Shown piece by piece: positions 9,669-24,894 of a stretch of 64,000 bases of DNA (position 1 is the stretch's first letter; every line of letters begins with the position of its first letter). Under the pieces are notes generated by a model. The model searched no databases and was not told the DNA's origin. It saw nothing but the letters and a program-made list of their open reading frames with translations. This DNA is from a virus (taxonomy: Duplodnaviria; Caudoviricetes). The stretch is from IMG/VR virus record IMGVR_UViG_3300006217_000023, positions 1 to 64,000 of that record; one strand, 5' to 3'. A program made the translations under genes and the position numbers.

Positions 9669-9887
9669 ATGAAAGTTAAAGAAATTTTAGAAATAAGTGA
9701 TGAGGAATTAGAGAAGAAAATGACTGAAGAAGAATTTGAAAGAATGCAAAATTTAGGTTTCGATTACACATGGCAGTTCTTAGATGAATTACAAGAAAGT
9801 GCTAGATTAAGTGGTCAAAGTGAAGATGAAGAACATACGACAATATCTGCATATTTAGATTATTTAGAAGATATGAAAAATCAATAG
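9669..9887 (+). CDS. Hypothetical acidic protein
   Basis: ORF with RBS. Confidence 0.65.
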   Translation: MKVKEILEISDEELEKKMTEEEFERMQNLGFDYTWQFLDELQESARLSGQSEDEEHTTISAYLDYLEDMKNQ

Positions 9888-9898
9888 AGGTATAGACT

Positions 9899-10333
9899 AT
9901 GCGAGGTTATGATATTGATAAATTTATTAATGTAAGATTTAATCATCTTACATTAATAAAGAATTTAAACAAAATAGATAAAAATAATTCAAAATTAGCA
10001 CTTTTTAAATGCGATTGTAGTAATGAGAAAGAACTTGTATTTACTCAAGTTTTAAATAACCAAGTAAAAAGCTGTGGTTGTAGGCAAGGTAACTTAAGCG
10101 AAGAACAAAGAAATAAGCAAAGTAACTCAATAATTAAATTTTATTCAAATAATACTACGAAAAATAACACAACGGGCTATACAGGTATTTCTATAGTTAA
10201 TAATAAATACAGAGTTAGAATACAAGTAAATAAAAAACCAATCCACATTGGATATTTTAATACTCTTGATGACGCAATAAAAGCTAGAAAAATCGCTGAA
10301 GAGAAGTATTTTAAACAAATTTTAAAAAAATAA
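9899..10333 (+). CDS. AP2-domain protein
   Basis: NTTGYTGIS...YRVRIQVNKK.IHIGYF.TLDDAIKARK.AE. Confidence 0.75.
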   Translation: MRGYDIDKFINVRFNHLTLIKNLNKIDKNNSKLALFKCDCSNEKELVFTQVLNNQVKSCGCRQGNLSEEQRNKQSNSIIKFYSNNTTKNNTTGYTGISIVNNKYRVRIQVNKKPIHIGYFNTLDDAIKARKIAEEKYFKQILKK

Positions 10334-10470
10334 AGAAAAGCCCTTTTCAAAGCTTCTCTTTATTTTCTCTAATATATTTATATTAACAACTAAATTATAC
10401 AATAATGAATTATAGTTTGTCAAGTATGTTTGCCAATAATTGCATATATTTATTATTTATTTTTGCCACT

Positions 10471-11469
10471 TTATGCAAATAAAGCTTTAAATGTATTTTT
10501 TCCAACAATTCCGTCTACTACTAAGCCATTTGCTTTTTGGAATGCTTTTACTTTTGCTTCTGTATCTGAACCGAATATACTGTCTACATCTACCTTATAA
10601 CCTTTTATTACTAAAGCCATTTGTATTAGTTTAGTTATATTTCCTTTTGCACCTTTTCTTACTGTTATACAAGCATTATATGTATTATTTCCAAATATTC
10701 CATCTACAACTAAACCTTTATTAAATTGTCTATTTAATTCTGTCTGTAATGCTTTTATAAGAGCTTTTTTAGTTTGAGCACCATATATGTTGTCTAATGC
10801 TAAATTTGTTCCATACTCGTCATTTAAGAACTTTTGTATATTATATATACTATTATTAATGCTTATCGCTTCTCCTATAGACACATCATGTTTTACTTCT
10901 GTGTTTATAGCTGTTCCTATTCCGACATTTCCTACTATACCTAGCGTTTTTAATATTCCTTTCGCATATGCTATTCCAAACTGCTCTTGTTCGTGTAGTT
11001 CATCTGCTTGCCAAGCATCTTCTCTATTATCTACAAAGACTCCTTCGCAAATCACAGCTGGACATTTAGTCATACGAATAAATCCGTAATAATCTCCATT
11101 ATTTCCACGTTTTGTTTTTATACCGCGTGAATTTTGACCAATTGCTTTTACTTCTGCTTCTATATTTTCTGCTAGTGCTTTACCTACTCCACCATTCAAC
11201 GTGTGATATATTTCAAATCCATCTCCACCGCCAGCATTATTATGTACGTCTATTGCCAAATTTGGATTAAAAGCATTACATTCTCTTACTTCTTCATTTA
11301 ATGTATCATCTTCATCTTTGTATCTTGACATTTTTACTTCTACTCCATTTGCTTCAAGATAATCTTTACAAGCTATTGCCATATTTAAGTTTGCATCTTT
11401 TTCTGTGATATATCCTACTGCTCCACTATCACTTCCACCGTGTCCTACTCCAATAAATACTTTTGCCAT
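10471..11469 (-). CDS. Endolysin: Amidase_3 plus peptidoglycan-binding domains
   Basis: IGVGHGGSD, DVHNNAG, VICEG; DGIFG/DGIVG repeats. Confidence 0.92.
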   Translation of the reverse strand: MAKVFIGVGHGGSDSGAVGYITEKDANLNMAIACKDYLEANGVEVKMSRYKDEDDTLNEEVRECNAFNPNLAIDVHNNAGGGDGFEIYHTLNGGVGKALAENIEAEVKAIGQNSRGIKTKRGNNGDYYGFIRMTKCPAVICEGVFVDNREDAWQADELHEQEQFGIAYAKGILKTLGIVGNVGIGTAINTEVKHDVSIGEAISINNSIYNIQKFLNDEYGTNLALDNIYGAQTKKALIKALQTELNRQFNKGLVVDGIFGNNTYNACITVRKGAKGNITKLIQMALVIKGYKVDVDSIFGSDTEAKVKAFQKANGLVVDGIVGKNTFKALFA

Positions 11470-11471
11470 CT

Positions 11472-11675
11472 CTACTTTTCCTCCTTATTCTTATAATTAA
11501 TATTTGAAATTCCTAAAACTGCTCCCATAAATGTTGTTATAGCTGTCATTATTGTTAAAACTATATCTGCACAGCTCACATTAAAGCAATTTAATATAAC
11601 ACCCACTAATGTTGTTAAAGCTGGCAAAAACACTAATGTTATCCATTTTAAAGTGTCATAGATTTTATTACTCAT
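11472..11675 (-). CDS. Holin (Dp-1-like)
   Basis: YDTLKWITLVFLPAL; two TM segments; next to lysin. Confidence 0.8.
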   Translation of the reverse strand: MSNKIYDTLKWITLVFLPALTTLVGVILNCFNVSCADIVLTIMTAITTFMGAVLGISNINYKNKEEK

Positions 11676-11697
11676 ATCTATTTTTCTCCTTTTCTTT

Positions 11698-12009
11698 CTA
11701 TTTTAATCCAAGTTTTATCAGTGCATAAGCTAATACTGCATAAAATATATAATCTATTAACTTATCCCATTTAAAAGCTTTGTTTTTGTTTTCTTTATTC
11801 CTTTCTTCTGTTATTGCTCTGTCATGCTTGTCTAATTTTTCGTTTATGTTTTCTAATCCCTTTTCAACATTTCCCATTCTATAATTCATTTTTTCCATAA
11901 CAGAATAAGTCTTTTTTAGTTCTTCTATCTCTTTTTCGTGTTCATCTATTCTTTTTGTATTAGACTTTCCACGCTCTTCAACTGCTACTAATCTTTCTTT
12001 TTCGTCCAT
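11698..12009 (-). CDS. XhlA-like lysis-associated protein
   Basis: ERLVAVEERGKSNTKRID; C-terminal TM helix. Confidence 0.6.
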   Translation of the reverse strand: MDEKERLVAVEERGKSNTKRIDEHEKEIEELKKTYSVMEKMNYRMGNVEKGLENINEKLDKHDRAITEERNKENKNKAFKWDKLIDYIFYAVLAYALIKLGLK

Positions 12010-12025
12010 TTTTTACCTCCAAGAA

Positions 12026-12746
12026 TTACGCTACTCTTTTCCACATATAACAAGTAATATATGGTTGCATAACATTAAATGGCTGTCCTCCACCAGTTGT
12101 TGCTGTCTGTCCTTTTGTTTTGTCTGATAATACTATGCAAGTGTCTTGTTTTCCTTCTACTCCACCAATAAATCCATATGTAACACCATCATCATGCTCA
12201 TGTGTTACTAATTCTGCTACTGTCATTGTATGCTTTTTCTCTCCACCAGTCTTTTCTACTTCATTAAAGTCTGTATCAGTTGTATCAACTCCGTACCGCT
12301 ACTCTACCTTGTCCCCATTGTTGCCATGTTCCAAATCCCAAATACATCGCTGGATTGACATTTGCTGTATCCATGATAATTTTTCCAATATAGTATTTTT
12401 TCTTATTGTCTTCTAATATTTTGTTTTCAATTAATGTAGTTATTGCCTCTGTTGCTATATTCTCAGCTAAACTTGCTAGCCATTCACTTTCTGTTCCTTC
12501 AAATCCATTCTGCACTGCTATCTCATATGCACTATAACCTCTTGCACCTTCTACCATTCTATCTACTTTTTCTTTATATTTATTTGTAAAATCGTTAGTG
12601 GATAAACCTTTTCCAGTAACTTTATCTACTTTTTCAGCTAATGCAGCATCTATTAAATCCATATTCGTTCTTGTTACTTGTTCTATATCATAATTTTCAG
12701 ATTTTTTTGGTTTAATCAAATTATATTTGTCTGTATATTCTGCCAT
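12026..12746 (-). CDS. Baseplate/tail-tip protein, joined by +1 shift at CGG 12291-12293; 239 aa
   Basis: GRVAV-G-VDTTDTDFNEVEKTGGEKKHT and QPYITCYMWKRVA are typical of siphophage baseplate proteins. Confidence 0.75.
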
Positions 12747-12755
12747 ACTTTCCTC

Positions 12756-13854
12756 CTACTTTTTCATCAATATAATTTCAAAATCATATAGTATGCTTGT
12801 TATTGATGTGCCTATTCCAGATCCTTCTCCAGTATTTCCGCTTCCGCCCGAAGTAATCGGATTACTTCTAACTCTTATGAAACTGTTCAACATTTTAATA
12901 CTGACGTTTGATGGAACTCCACAATCTTTACTTCCATCTGAATTTAATATGAAAAAACTACAAATGCAAGTATTGTTTTTATTATATCCGTGATGGGTAT
13001 GCAAGATCTATATAAGTTTCGTTAGAATTTTGATTAAAAGTTTTTCCTGATAACGTTATAGTTTCCACTTGTGAACAGATACCATCTACTCCTTTACTAG
13101 CTATGATTTTTTCAGCACTTTCTATTCCCTTCTTTGCTACAATCTTTTCAATGCTTTCTATTCCCTTGTTAGCCGTAATTTTTTCATTGCTTTCTATTCC
13201 ACCATTTACTGTTATTTTTCCTTGTATAATATTATCTTTATCTTTTCTTACTAAATTTTCTGCTACTGTGTCTATGTATTCTTGAAACTTTTGATATAGT
13301 TCTTCTCCATCTACTGAAATTAAACTATTTACTATTCCGCACAATTCTTTATTTAATCTCGTATCTACAATGTCGGCTTCTGTTAAATTGCTTGTGCTTT
13401 TTACTGTTACTTCTGCTATGCATATTTCATATATATTTTCATCCCTTTGCAATGTTGCTGGTGTTGTTCCCGTTCCTTCTTTTATATATAATTCTGTATC
13501 TCTTACTGATAAAGTGTCGTCTATTTTTACAACTACTCTATCTATTCTTTCGCCTACTGATGGTCTTTCTAAAACAAATAAAGTATCTGTTTCTAGTTCA
13601 AAGTCTGCTCCTCTTATCATTCCACATCCTTTGCTAACTCTTATCGTAAGTCCATTGTCTAAACTTACTTTCATCCCATTTTCGCCATAGTTTTTATAAT
13701 GCCCAAAATAAACTCCATTTGATAAAAACTTTTCAAAGTATTCTCTAAATATTTTTGCTTGATACAGTCTATCATCTTCCATTTGTCCGCTTTCTTCATT
13801 TAACATTTCCATCGAGTCAAACGGAAAGCTTTTTAATGTTACTATATTTGACAT
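12756..13854 (-). CDS. Upper baseplate/structural protein, joined by +1 shift at CGG 12988-12990; 365 aa
   Basis: Paralog of 53071-54433; YPS-G-YNKNNTC matches YPTGFTNTNC. Confidence 0.75.
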
Positions 13855-13882
13855 TTTCTATCCTTTCTGTAAAAAACAAGAC

Positions 13883-15059
13883 CTAACTAATCGGTCTTGT
13901 AATTACTCTTTTTATTTCTTCGCCGTAAAGTTGGTACTTTGTCTCCAAATCCCAATTCTACTGTTATGTTATTTCTTTCATATATTTCTTTTGCTTGAAT
14001 TATACGTTTATCTTCGTATATTCCATCACTCTCTAATGTTACTAAATCGCCCAAAAAGAAATCTTTTTCCCATTCCATATTTGGAATTTGGTATACTTTT
14101 CCCTCTATTGATTTTATTGTTTTGTATGTGCCTAATTTCTTTTGCCCCTCTTGTTTTAACTCGTCTGGGTCTTCTATATTGTTTAAATCTATTAATACTT
14201 CTCTTCTATCAAAACCAGTTGCACTTCCTAATATTGTTATTAGTCTATCTTCATTTTCTCCTTTTCCAGCTACATAACCTACATTCTTATAATTCGTATT
14301 ATCATCAGTAGTTTTTCCTTCAAGTAAGTTCTTTTTCTTTTCTGAAAATAGTATGTATGGATGTTTTATGTTTCCTTGCAGCTGTTCATGTGTATATGCT
14401 TGTAATTGTTCGTGTGTCATACTACTTAAAAATTCATGTGTATTAGGCTCTTCCACTTGATTTACTGTCCTATCTGTTCCCTTTATACTATCAAAGTAGA
14501 TGCATTTCTCATCTCTATTTAGTATTCCTTTCCACCCTAATCCAGTGTCCTCTGAAATATGTTTCATTTCATCATGTAAATTTGTAAGTCTTGCTTGCCA
14601 TACTGTTTTTATCCCTCTATTTTGTGAAGGAGCTACTTTTATCCATGAAATATCTCTTTCTGGTGTTCTAATATTATCATGATAACTTTCTACTATATGA
14701 TTTTTTAAATAGTGCTTTTGCACATTTTCTGCATAATCTTCTGATACTCTATCATAACCATTTGTTGCTATAATTCTTCTTTTAGTAATACCTTTTATGC
14801 AAGTTCCACTTACCTTTAGAGTTTTGCTATTTTTTACTGTAGAAGTTACTACTTTATCTATTAAAAGTATCTTATCGTCTCTTTTATTAACTATTATCAT
14901 ATTGTCTTTTTTTAACTTATTAGTATTAGCTTTATTTTTGTTTATAGTTAATTCAAATGTTCCACACTCATAATAGTTCCATATACATATTAAGCTTTCA
15001 TAATTAGTGATTATTCCCTCTAGTTTAAAATCAGTATTCATTATTTCTATGCAATTCAT
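13883..15059 (-). CDS. Tail tip protein (ReqiPepy6 Gp37-like), +1 shift at CGG 13923-13925; 391 aa
   Basis: Shift gives LGEEIKRVITRPIS*, identical end and length to 54461-55636. Confidence 0.85.
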
Positions 15060-15060
15060 A

Positions 15061-19260
<4,200 letters not shown>

Positions 19261-19320
19261 TTTCTCACCTCTTTTCGTGCATAATAAAAACACCCACATC
19301 TCTGCTGGTGTTTTGTTCAC

Positions 19321-19845
19321 TTATCCATCTAATAGTCTTATTTTTTCAATTTCATAAGTTATTATATCTTCTTTAACTATCTTTTTTAGATATATATGTA
19401 TTTTTTGCAAGCAATAATATTGTTCCGCTTTATTAACGCCACTATTTTTGTTTTGTTCTACTACATTCCAATATATATAATATGTGATATATTCGTCTTT
19501 GTTAATATTTCCTCTTCTTTCAATTTCATAACTAGAAGCTAGAACTTGCAAGTCCATTAACAAGCTACTTATAGATATACTCTCTGAATTATTTCTATTG
19601 TAATACTTAAACTCATCTGCTATGTATTCCTCTATTTGTTTTTCATTCTTACCTTTTAATGCCTCTATTATTTCATTTAATACTTCCTCTGGCTTTTTTA
19701 CTTTTCCATTCGCAATTAATTGCTCTATATGCTTTTGTGTCTTATATTCTTTTATAGAATTAGATATTATAGGAATAAATATTATTGCTACTAATATTAA
19801 TATTATTACACAATAACATATTCTAGAATTTTTATTTTCTTTCAC
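19321..19845 (-). CDS. Membrane-anchored accessory protein
   Basis: N-terminal TM helix; inserted between chaperone and TMP. Confidence 0.6.
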   Translation of the reverse strand: MKENKNSRICYCVIILILVAIIFIPIISNSIKEYKTQKHIEQLIANGKVKKPEEVLNEIIEALKGKNEKQIEEYIADEFKYYNRNNSESISISSLLMDLQVLASSYEIERRGNINKDEYITYYIYWNVVEQNKNSGVNKAEQYYCLQKIHIYLKKIVKEDIITYEIEKIRLLDG

Positions 19846-20177
19846 TATTTTTCTACCTTTCTGTAGATATCTACTATTGTTTCCAATACAAAAAATAAAG
19901 TAATTCCAGACAACAATACACCTATTCCTGTTATTATTCCAATCCAATTCATTTCGTCATACTCTATTACTCCATAATATATTCCTATAATTAATGCACC
20001 AACTATAGATAAACATAGATTTATAATTGCTATTATATTTAAGACATCTGCATTTGTTTTCTCCGTTCTTTCTTTAAACTTTTCTTTACCTTTTTCATAA
20101 TCCTCAAAATTAGTATTACAATATTGACATTCTGCTCTCCAATCTTCTATTTCTTTTTTACAATTAGGACACTCCAT
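19845..20177 (-). CDS. Zinc-ribbon membrane protein
   Basis: CPNC..CQYC plus two TM helices; paralog of 60407-60814. Confidence 0.75.
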   Translation of the reverse strand: MECPNCKKEIEDWRAECQYCNTNFEDYEKGKEKFKERTEKTNADVLNIIAIINLCLSIVGALIIGIYYGVIEYDEMNWIGIITGIGVLLSGITLFFVLETIVDIYRKVEK

Positions 20178-20236
20178 ATTTTTCCTCCCCTTTCTGCCTA
20201 AATTTTACAATAAATTGTAAAATATTGCAAGAGGAT

Positions 20237-20805
20237 TTAAAAATCTTCTGCACCTACTACTTCTTCATCGTTATTTTCTACTTTGTTTAGTTCTGCATAT
20301 TTCTGCATTATTATTGGGATTTCATCAATATAGTAATCTTCTAAGAACTCACGTTTACTTATTCCAATTTTGACACAAATTGCTATTGTTTTTTGAAGCC
20401 AATCAACATCGTAATCTTGTTCATCATTGGCTTCATTAGTGCGAAAAAACTTTCTAATTCGTTCATCTTCCAAAATTCATTAATGATTTCAATTAGCTCT
20501 TTTGGTGTTAATTCATCTCTAATTTTATCTTCTTCTATATCCATTAGAGTTGATAAGAAAGATACTGTAAAATCTGGTAATATTAATAATAATTTCACTA
20601 CTAAATCTGTTATATTCTCTAATGTAAGCATTTCTGATAATTTAAAGTCTTTCTTTCCATCCGTTAATTGTTTTATAAAGTCTTCTGGCAAATTCTTTAA
20701 TGTCTGTAGTGCTTCAAAATACTTGCCACAAGGCATTTTTCTTACTTCTACTCCATGGATTATCTTTCTTTTTGGTAAACTTAAACTTTCATTACTTTTA
20801 GCCAT
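20237..20805 (-). CDS. Tail assembly chaperones G/GT with -1 slippery site T TTT TTC (20443-20449)
   Basis: G ORF 20383-20805; overlapping -1 ORF FFRTNEA...WLQKTIAIC conserved in block C. Confidence 0.8.
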
Positions 20806-20844
20806 TTAAAAATTTCTCCTTTATATAATTTTAGGAGAGTATTG

Positions 20845-21420
20845 CTACTCTCCTGCTGGTGCTACTGTTGGTATTGTATTTAACCAAGTTAAGTCTTCTG
20901 CTTTTGTACTATCTTTATAAACTCTAACTTTAGGGTCTGATAGTAAAGCTCTTTTATAAAATGTTCCGCTTATTGTCAATGTTGCGACTTGTGTTCCATT
21001 ATCTTGCGTTTGTAAATCTTGTTTTACTTTTTTGAATTTACATCTATAATATCTAAACATTCTATAGTTTCCATCTTTTCTTTTTGCTTTAAATGTTATT
21101 GCATAATCTTTTCCTTGATTATCTGGTCCCCAAGAATATTCTTTTGATGTTTCGTCATATTCTCCGCCCTCAAATACTGACATTAATTCTAAATCAGCTT
21201 CTGGAACTTCTAATTCAAAATCTTCTCCATCAAAGATTTCTTCATCATCATATATTTCATCATCTGCATAAATTGGGTCATTTGATGTTTGTATATCTCT
21301 AGTTAACTTCTGTGCGTAAGGGATATTTATTGCTTCTCCCACTTTATAATTTGTTTCTGTATTCTCTAATAATTCAAATGCTTTTATTCCACTTAATCCT
21401 CTTAAAGCTTTTTTTGGCAT
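20845..21420 (-). CDS. Major tail protein (phi13-like)
   Basis: Position; PIYADDEI, YRMFRYY motifs. Confidence 0.85.
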   Translation of the reverse strand: MPKKALRGLSGIKAFELLENTETNYKVGEAINIPYAQKLTRDIQTSNDPIYADDEIYDDEEIFDGEDFELEVPEADLELMSVFEGGEYDETSKEYSWGPDNQGKDYAITFKAKRKDGNYRMFRYYRCKFKKVKQDLQTQDNGTQVATLTISGTFYKRALLSDPKVRVYKDSTKAEDLTWLNTIPTVAPAGE

Positions 21421-21438
21421 AATTAACGCCCTCCTTTT

Positions 21439-21792
21439 TTATAAAATTTCTTCTTTTTCAAAACGCATGGTTTTGTGATATATTTTTGTTTCTTGTTCAA
21501 ATAAATCTAGTGCTAGTGTCCTTTCAAACTCTAAATCTTCCATCTTAGAATTAACTTCAATAGCTAGTTTCGAGCATTTACTTGAACTCTTAGCCCATAT
21601 ATCTACTTGAATAGCAATATTACTGCTATACTCACCATCATCTGCCTTACTAGCAACGGAATTATCCATCTCATAGTAAGAAATTGCTGGCTTTTTATCT
21701 AAATTACTCCACTTTTGTGGATAAAAATAAGAAACCTCAACATCTGAGATTTCTTCTAATTTTTTTAATATTTGTGGTTTTAAATTTATCAT
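21439..21792 (-). CDS. Tail terminator/completion protein
   Basis: PAISYYE...IQVDIWAK. Confidence 0.75.
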   Translation of the reverse strand: MINLKPQILKKLEEISDVEVSYFYPQKWSNLDKKPAISYYEMDNSVASKADDGEYSSNIAIQVDIWAKSSSKCSKLAIEVNSKMEDLEFERTLALDLFEQETKIYHKTMRFEKEEIL

Positions 21793-22240
21793 TATTTACC
21801 ACCTAACTTTCTTATTTCTTGTTGTATTGTTTTAGTTACTTCTTGTTCGACTTCACTTGTATTTTTTGCATGCAAATATGCAGGAGTTAAAAATGGTTGT
21901 GCAGCTATACCTTTCCAATCAGCTTTATATGATATTCCGTTCTGGTCTATCTATATTGCTTTCTCGTCCTCTTTCTCCTGTTCCAAATTCATTGTAAACA
22001 GCATGGTCACAATTGGTATATACTTTACAATTTATTTCATCACCATTTATTTCTCCGTTTTCTTTAATAGAATTACGAAGCTCTCCACCATTCACTTCTG
22101 CAACTGGTGCCAAATATTTAGCGTTCTTTTGAACTTTTTTCATACCTCGCCTACCACCTTTTAGACAAGATTGTTTAATATCTCCACCTAAACCGAGATA
22201 AAGTAGCTAGTAACTCATCTAATCCTTCTATACTAGACAT
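21792..22240 (-). CDS. HK97 gp10-like neck protein, two +1 shifts at CGG 22193-22195 and 21937-21939; 148 aa
   Basis: SIEGLDEL...APV..GELRNSI...EFGTG...AQPFLTPA restored. Confidence 0.85.
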
Positions 22241-22592
22241 TCTCATCACTTCCATTCACAAGTAATGTTGTATGACTATCTACTATTATTTTGCTTTTTA
22301 TTTCATATTCATTGCTGTTATATACAAGTATATCGCTAATCTTAGCCACTGTTTTATCACAAGTTACTATTGCATTAGCTTCTATTTCTTTGCCATATTC
22401 TTGCTGAATATACTCTCTTGTAGTAAATTGAAAATTTCCTTTAAAACTATCTATCTTTTCTAGTTTACCATTTTCAATTACTGCTCCCTCATCATCTTTG
22501 ATTGTTCCAGATGACCATATTTCAATTTCTTTGTCATAGAAGGTATCTTTTATTACTTGTTTAAATTCATTTGGTATTTTCATATTCTCCAC
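22233..22592 (-). CDS. Head closure/head-tail adaptor
   Basis: Position; paralog of 63317-63676. Confidence 0.7.
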   Translation of the reverse strand: MENMKIPNEFKQVIKDTFYDKEIEIWSSGTIKDDEGAVIENGKLEKIDSFKGNFQFTTREYIQQEYGKEIEANAIVTCDKTVAKISDILVYNSNEYEIKSKIIVDSHTTLLVNGSDENV

Positions 22593-22951
22593 TCCATATA
22601 TGCATAATTTGCTATTTCTGTCATATTTTTAACAATTACTTTATCAATATCTATATCATCTTTTGAAATGTTTTCTATTATTTTAAAATTAACAGATTGC
22701 CCATTATCAGATGCACTTGTTACTTGTAATTGCTCATTACTAGAATTATCTTTATCTTTGTAATATAAATAGCTTTTTCTTGCAAAATCTACAGCCATAT
22801 AGTTTAATTGTGATGGAAAATCTACTCTTTTACAAATAGATTTTACTTTATCACAAAATAAATCTATATATTCTTGTATCTTATTGTCATAGCTATCGTC
22901 TTGTATTCCTAATAAAGTTTTTACTCTTTCTAAAATTGTTTTTTCTTTCAT
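22580..22951 (-). CDS. Head-tail connector (gp6-like)
   Basis: LERVKTLLGI.DD..D; follows capsid gene. Confidence 0.75.
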   Translation of the reverse strand: MKEKTILERVKTLLGIQDDSYDNKIQEYIDLFCDKVKSICKRVDFPSQLNYMAVDFARKSYLYYKDKDNSSNEQLQVTSASDNGQSVNFKIIENISKDDIDIDKVIVKNMTEIANYAYMEWRI

Positions 22952-22984
22952 TTCTACCTCCTAAAAAGGATAAGGAACTAGTCC

Positions 22985-24040
22985 TTACCCTTTAGAGATT
23001 ATTCTTGCTATTGGAATAGCTTTGTGGTTTAAATAGCTTCTTTGTGCAACTGCACTTTCTCCACTATGTACTACTTCCCAGTTAGCTCCATCTTTTAATT
23101 CAGTATCTGTTGGAGATTCTGTTTTTTGGTTTTTCTTTGTATATGAAATACCATATGGTGCAAATACTTTTCTTTGTCTCATATATAAAGTATCTTCTCC
23201 TCCATTTGTTTTTTCATCTCTTGCCATAGCATATGGTACCTTAGCACCTATATCTTCATAATCAATTGCTCCATCTCCTAGAACATAAGTTGTATATTTT
23301 GTGTATGCCTCTTCTGTTTCTGTTGCATCAACAGCCTCAATTGGCATATCATCATCAATTATTACTAATTTACCATTCCATGTTCCTAAATCTATATCTC
23401 TTGTTATTCCATCTTTATCAGTATATTTTAGATGTTCAATTAAGTTTAAGTTTTGTAAATTAGTTGCAACATCACTATGCATAAATACCATTGTAAATTT
23501 CTTTTTATTTGCACCACATGCTTTATTAGTAGCACTATTTAAAGTAGTAGCAGTCATATTTCCATCTACTTCTGTTGTATGATTATCAACAAATTCATTG
23601 TTTTTAGTACCTGTCATTTTATAAATACCTTCTAGTACAGCAAGTATTGTATCTTGGTCTAACCCATCTTTATATTCAGCTACTTGTTCTGCTACATTAT
23701 TCATAAAACTTTCACCTGATACATCATCAGAAAAGTCTTTTTCTGTCCAAGCTTTTGCACGACCAACAACCACAATTCCTCTGTTAAATGTTTTTGTTTT
23801 TGTTGCTTCTATATCAGTTTGTCCATCGTAATTAACTGCTTGTCCATCTAATAATCCTTTCATTGCTATTTCTGCATAAACCGTTCCGTTTTGAGATGTA
23901 AATACATCTCTTATATCTTTACTTCCTTTTAATGCCTTTGATTTTTTTAGTTCATTTGTTTTTAAATTTGGTATTCTAGCATGTTCTACTGAATATTTAA
24001 ATGCTTTTTCATTAAAGCTTTTTGAATCAAAATTTCCCAT
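22985..24040 (-). CDS. Major capsid protein
   Basis: 351 aa after scaffold; KAIPIARIISKG C-terminus typical of Firmicutes phage coat proteins. Confidence 0.85.
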   Translation of the reverse strand: MGNFDSKSFNEKAFKYSVEHARIPNLKTNELKKSKALKGSKDIRDVFTSQNGTVYAEIAMKGLLDGQAVNYDGQTDIEATKTKTFNRGIVVVGRAKAWTEKDFSDDVSGESFMNNVAEQVAEYKDGLDQDTILAVLEGIYKMTGTKNNEFVDNHTTEVDGNMTATTLNSATNKACGANKKKFTMVFMHSDVATNLQNLNLIEHLKYTDKDGITRDIDLGTWNGKLVIIDDDMPIEAVDATETEEAYTKYTTYVLGDGAIDYEDIGAKVPYAMARDEKTNGGEDTLYMRQRKVFAPYGISYTKKNQKTESPTDTELKDGANWEVVHSGESAVAQRSYLNHKAIPIARIISKG

Positions 24041-24065
24041 AATTATTTACCTACCTTTTCTTTTT

Positions 24066-24665
24066 TTATTCAATTTCAGCATCTGGATTTTGTTCTAGAT
24101 ATTTAGCAATATCATCATAGGACATTTTGCTAAAATCTGGTTTATCTCCATCTACTTTTTGTCTCTTACTTTCTCCAACACCAGTAATTATAGTTTCTTC
24201 TTTGTTGAATAAGTAATCTTTTCTTTCTTTTAAACTATTTATTTGTTCATCTAGTCCAATGAAGTTTTCTCCATCTAAACTAATTTTTGAGACATCAAGA
24301 TTTGCCCTTATGTCTACTACATCTTTTGCATTAATTTCTTTTGACATTAGCTTAACTGCTAATTTACTGTCAAAATTATTTTGTTTTACTTTGTTGTCTG
24401 CTTCTTCTTGAATTTCTTTTACTTTTGTGTCATAATCTTCTTGAGTAATAGAACCTTTCTTATAGTTCTCATACTCTGTTTGAATATCTGATTGCGTTGT
24501 TTTTAATGTTTCAATTTCTGTATTTGCATTTTTTAACTTTTCATTTACTTCATTAAAAACACTTGCAGGCTTAAAATATTTTGGTAATTCTTTAGCAATT
24601 TTACTTTCTAAATCATCTACATTTTCTATTCCTGCGTTTTTTAACAATTCTTTTAACCATTCCAT
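24066..24665 (-). CDS. Capsid scaffolding protein (GP20-like)
   Basis: MEWLKELL...GLDEQINSLKE..YLF. Confidence 0.8.
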   Translation of the reverse strand: MEWLKELLKNAGIENVDDLESKIAKELPKYFKPASVFNEVNEKLKNANTEIETLKTTQSDIQTEYENYKKGSITQEDYDTKVKEIQEEADNKVKQNNFDSKLAVKLMSKEINAKDVVDIRANLDVSKISLDGENFIGLDEQINSLKERKDYLFNKEETIITGVGESKRQKVDGDKPDFSKMSYDDIAKYLEQNPDAEIE

Positions 24666-24894
24666 GATTAATCCTTTCTAGCTTTATTATGCTGGTGCTA
24701 CCAGAACGAAAGTTATTCTTTGTTTATCCTCATGAATAAATGAGTAATAAAAATAGACAGTTTAGTGCCATATCTAGGGCATAATAAAAAGCCGTATTTC
24801 TACGACTTATTTTATATTAATCAATAATTATTATTCAAACAAAATATATGGATAATATCCACATATGAATTTAATTTTTCTTTTACTATATCCT

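Noticed and set aside
19261-19320. 5' extensions of ORF-track calls (TMP to 19320, 19947, 54457, 48280, 47451)
   Set aside because: They overlap terminators or upstream genes; RBS position and paralog alignment support later starts.
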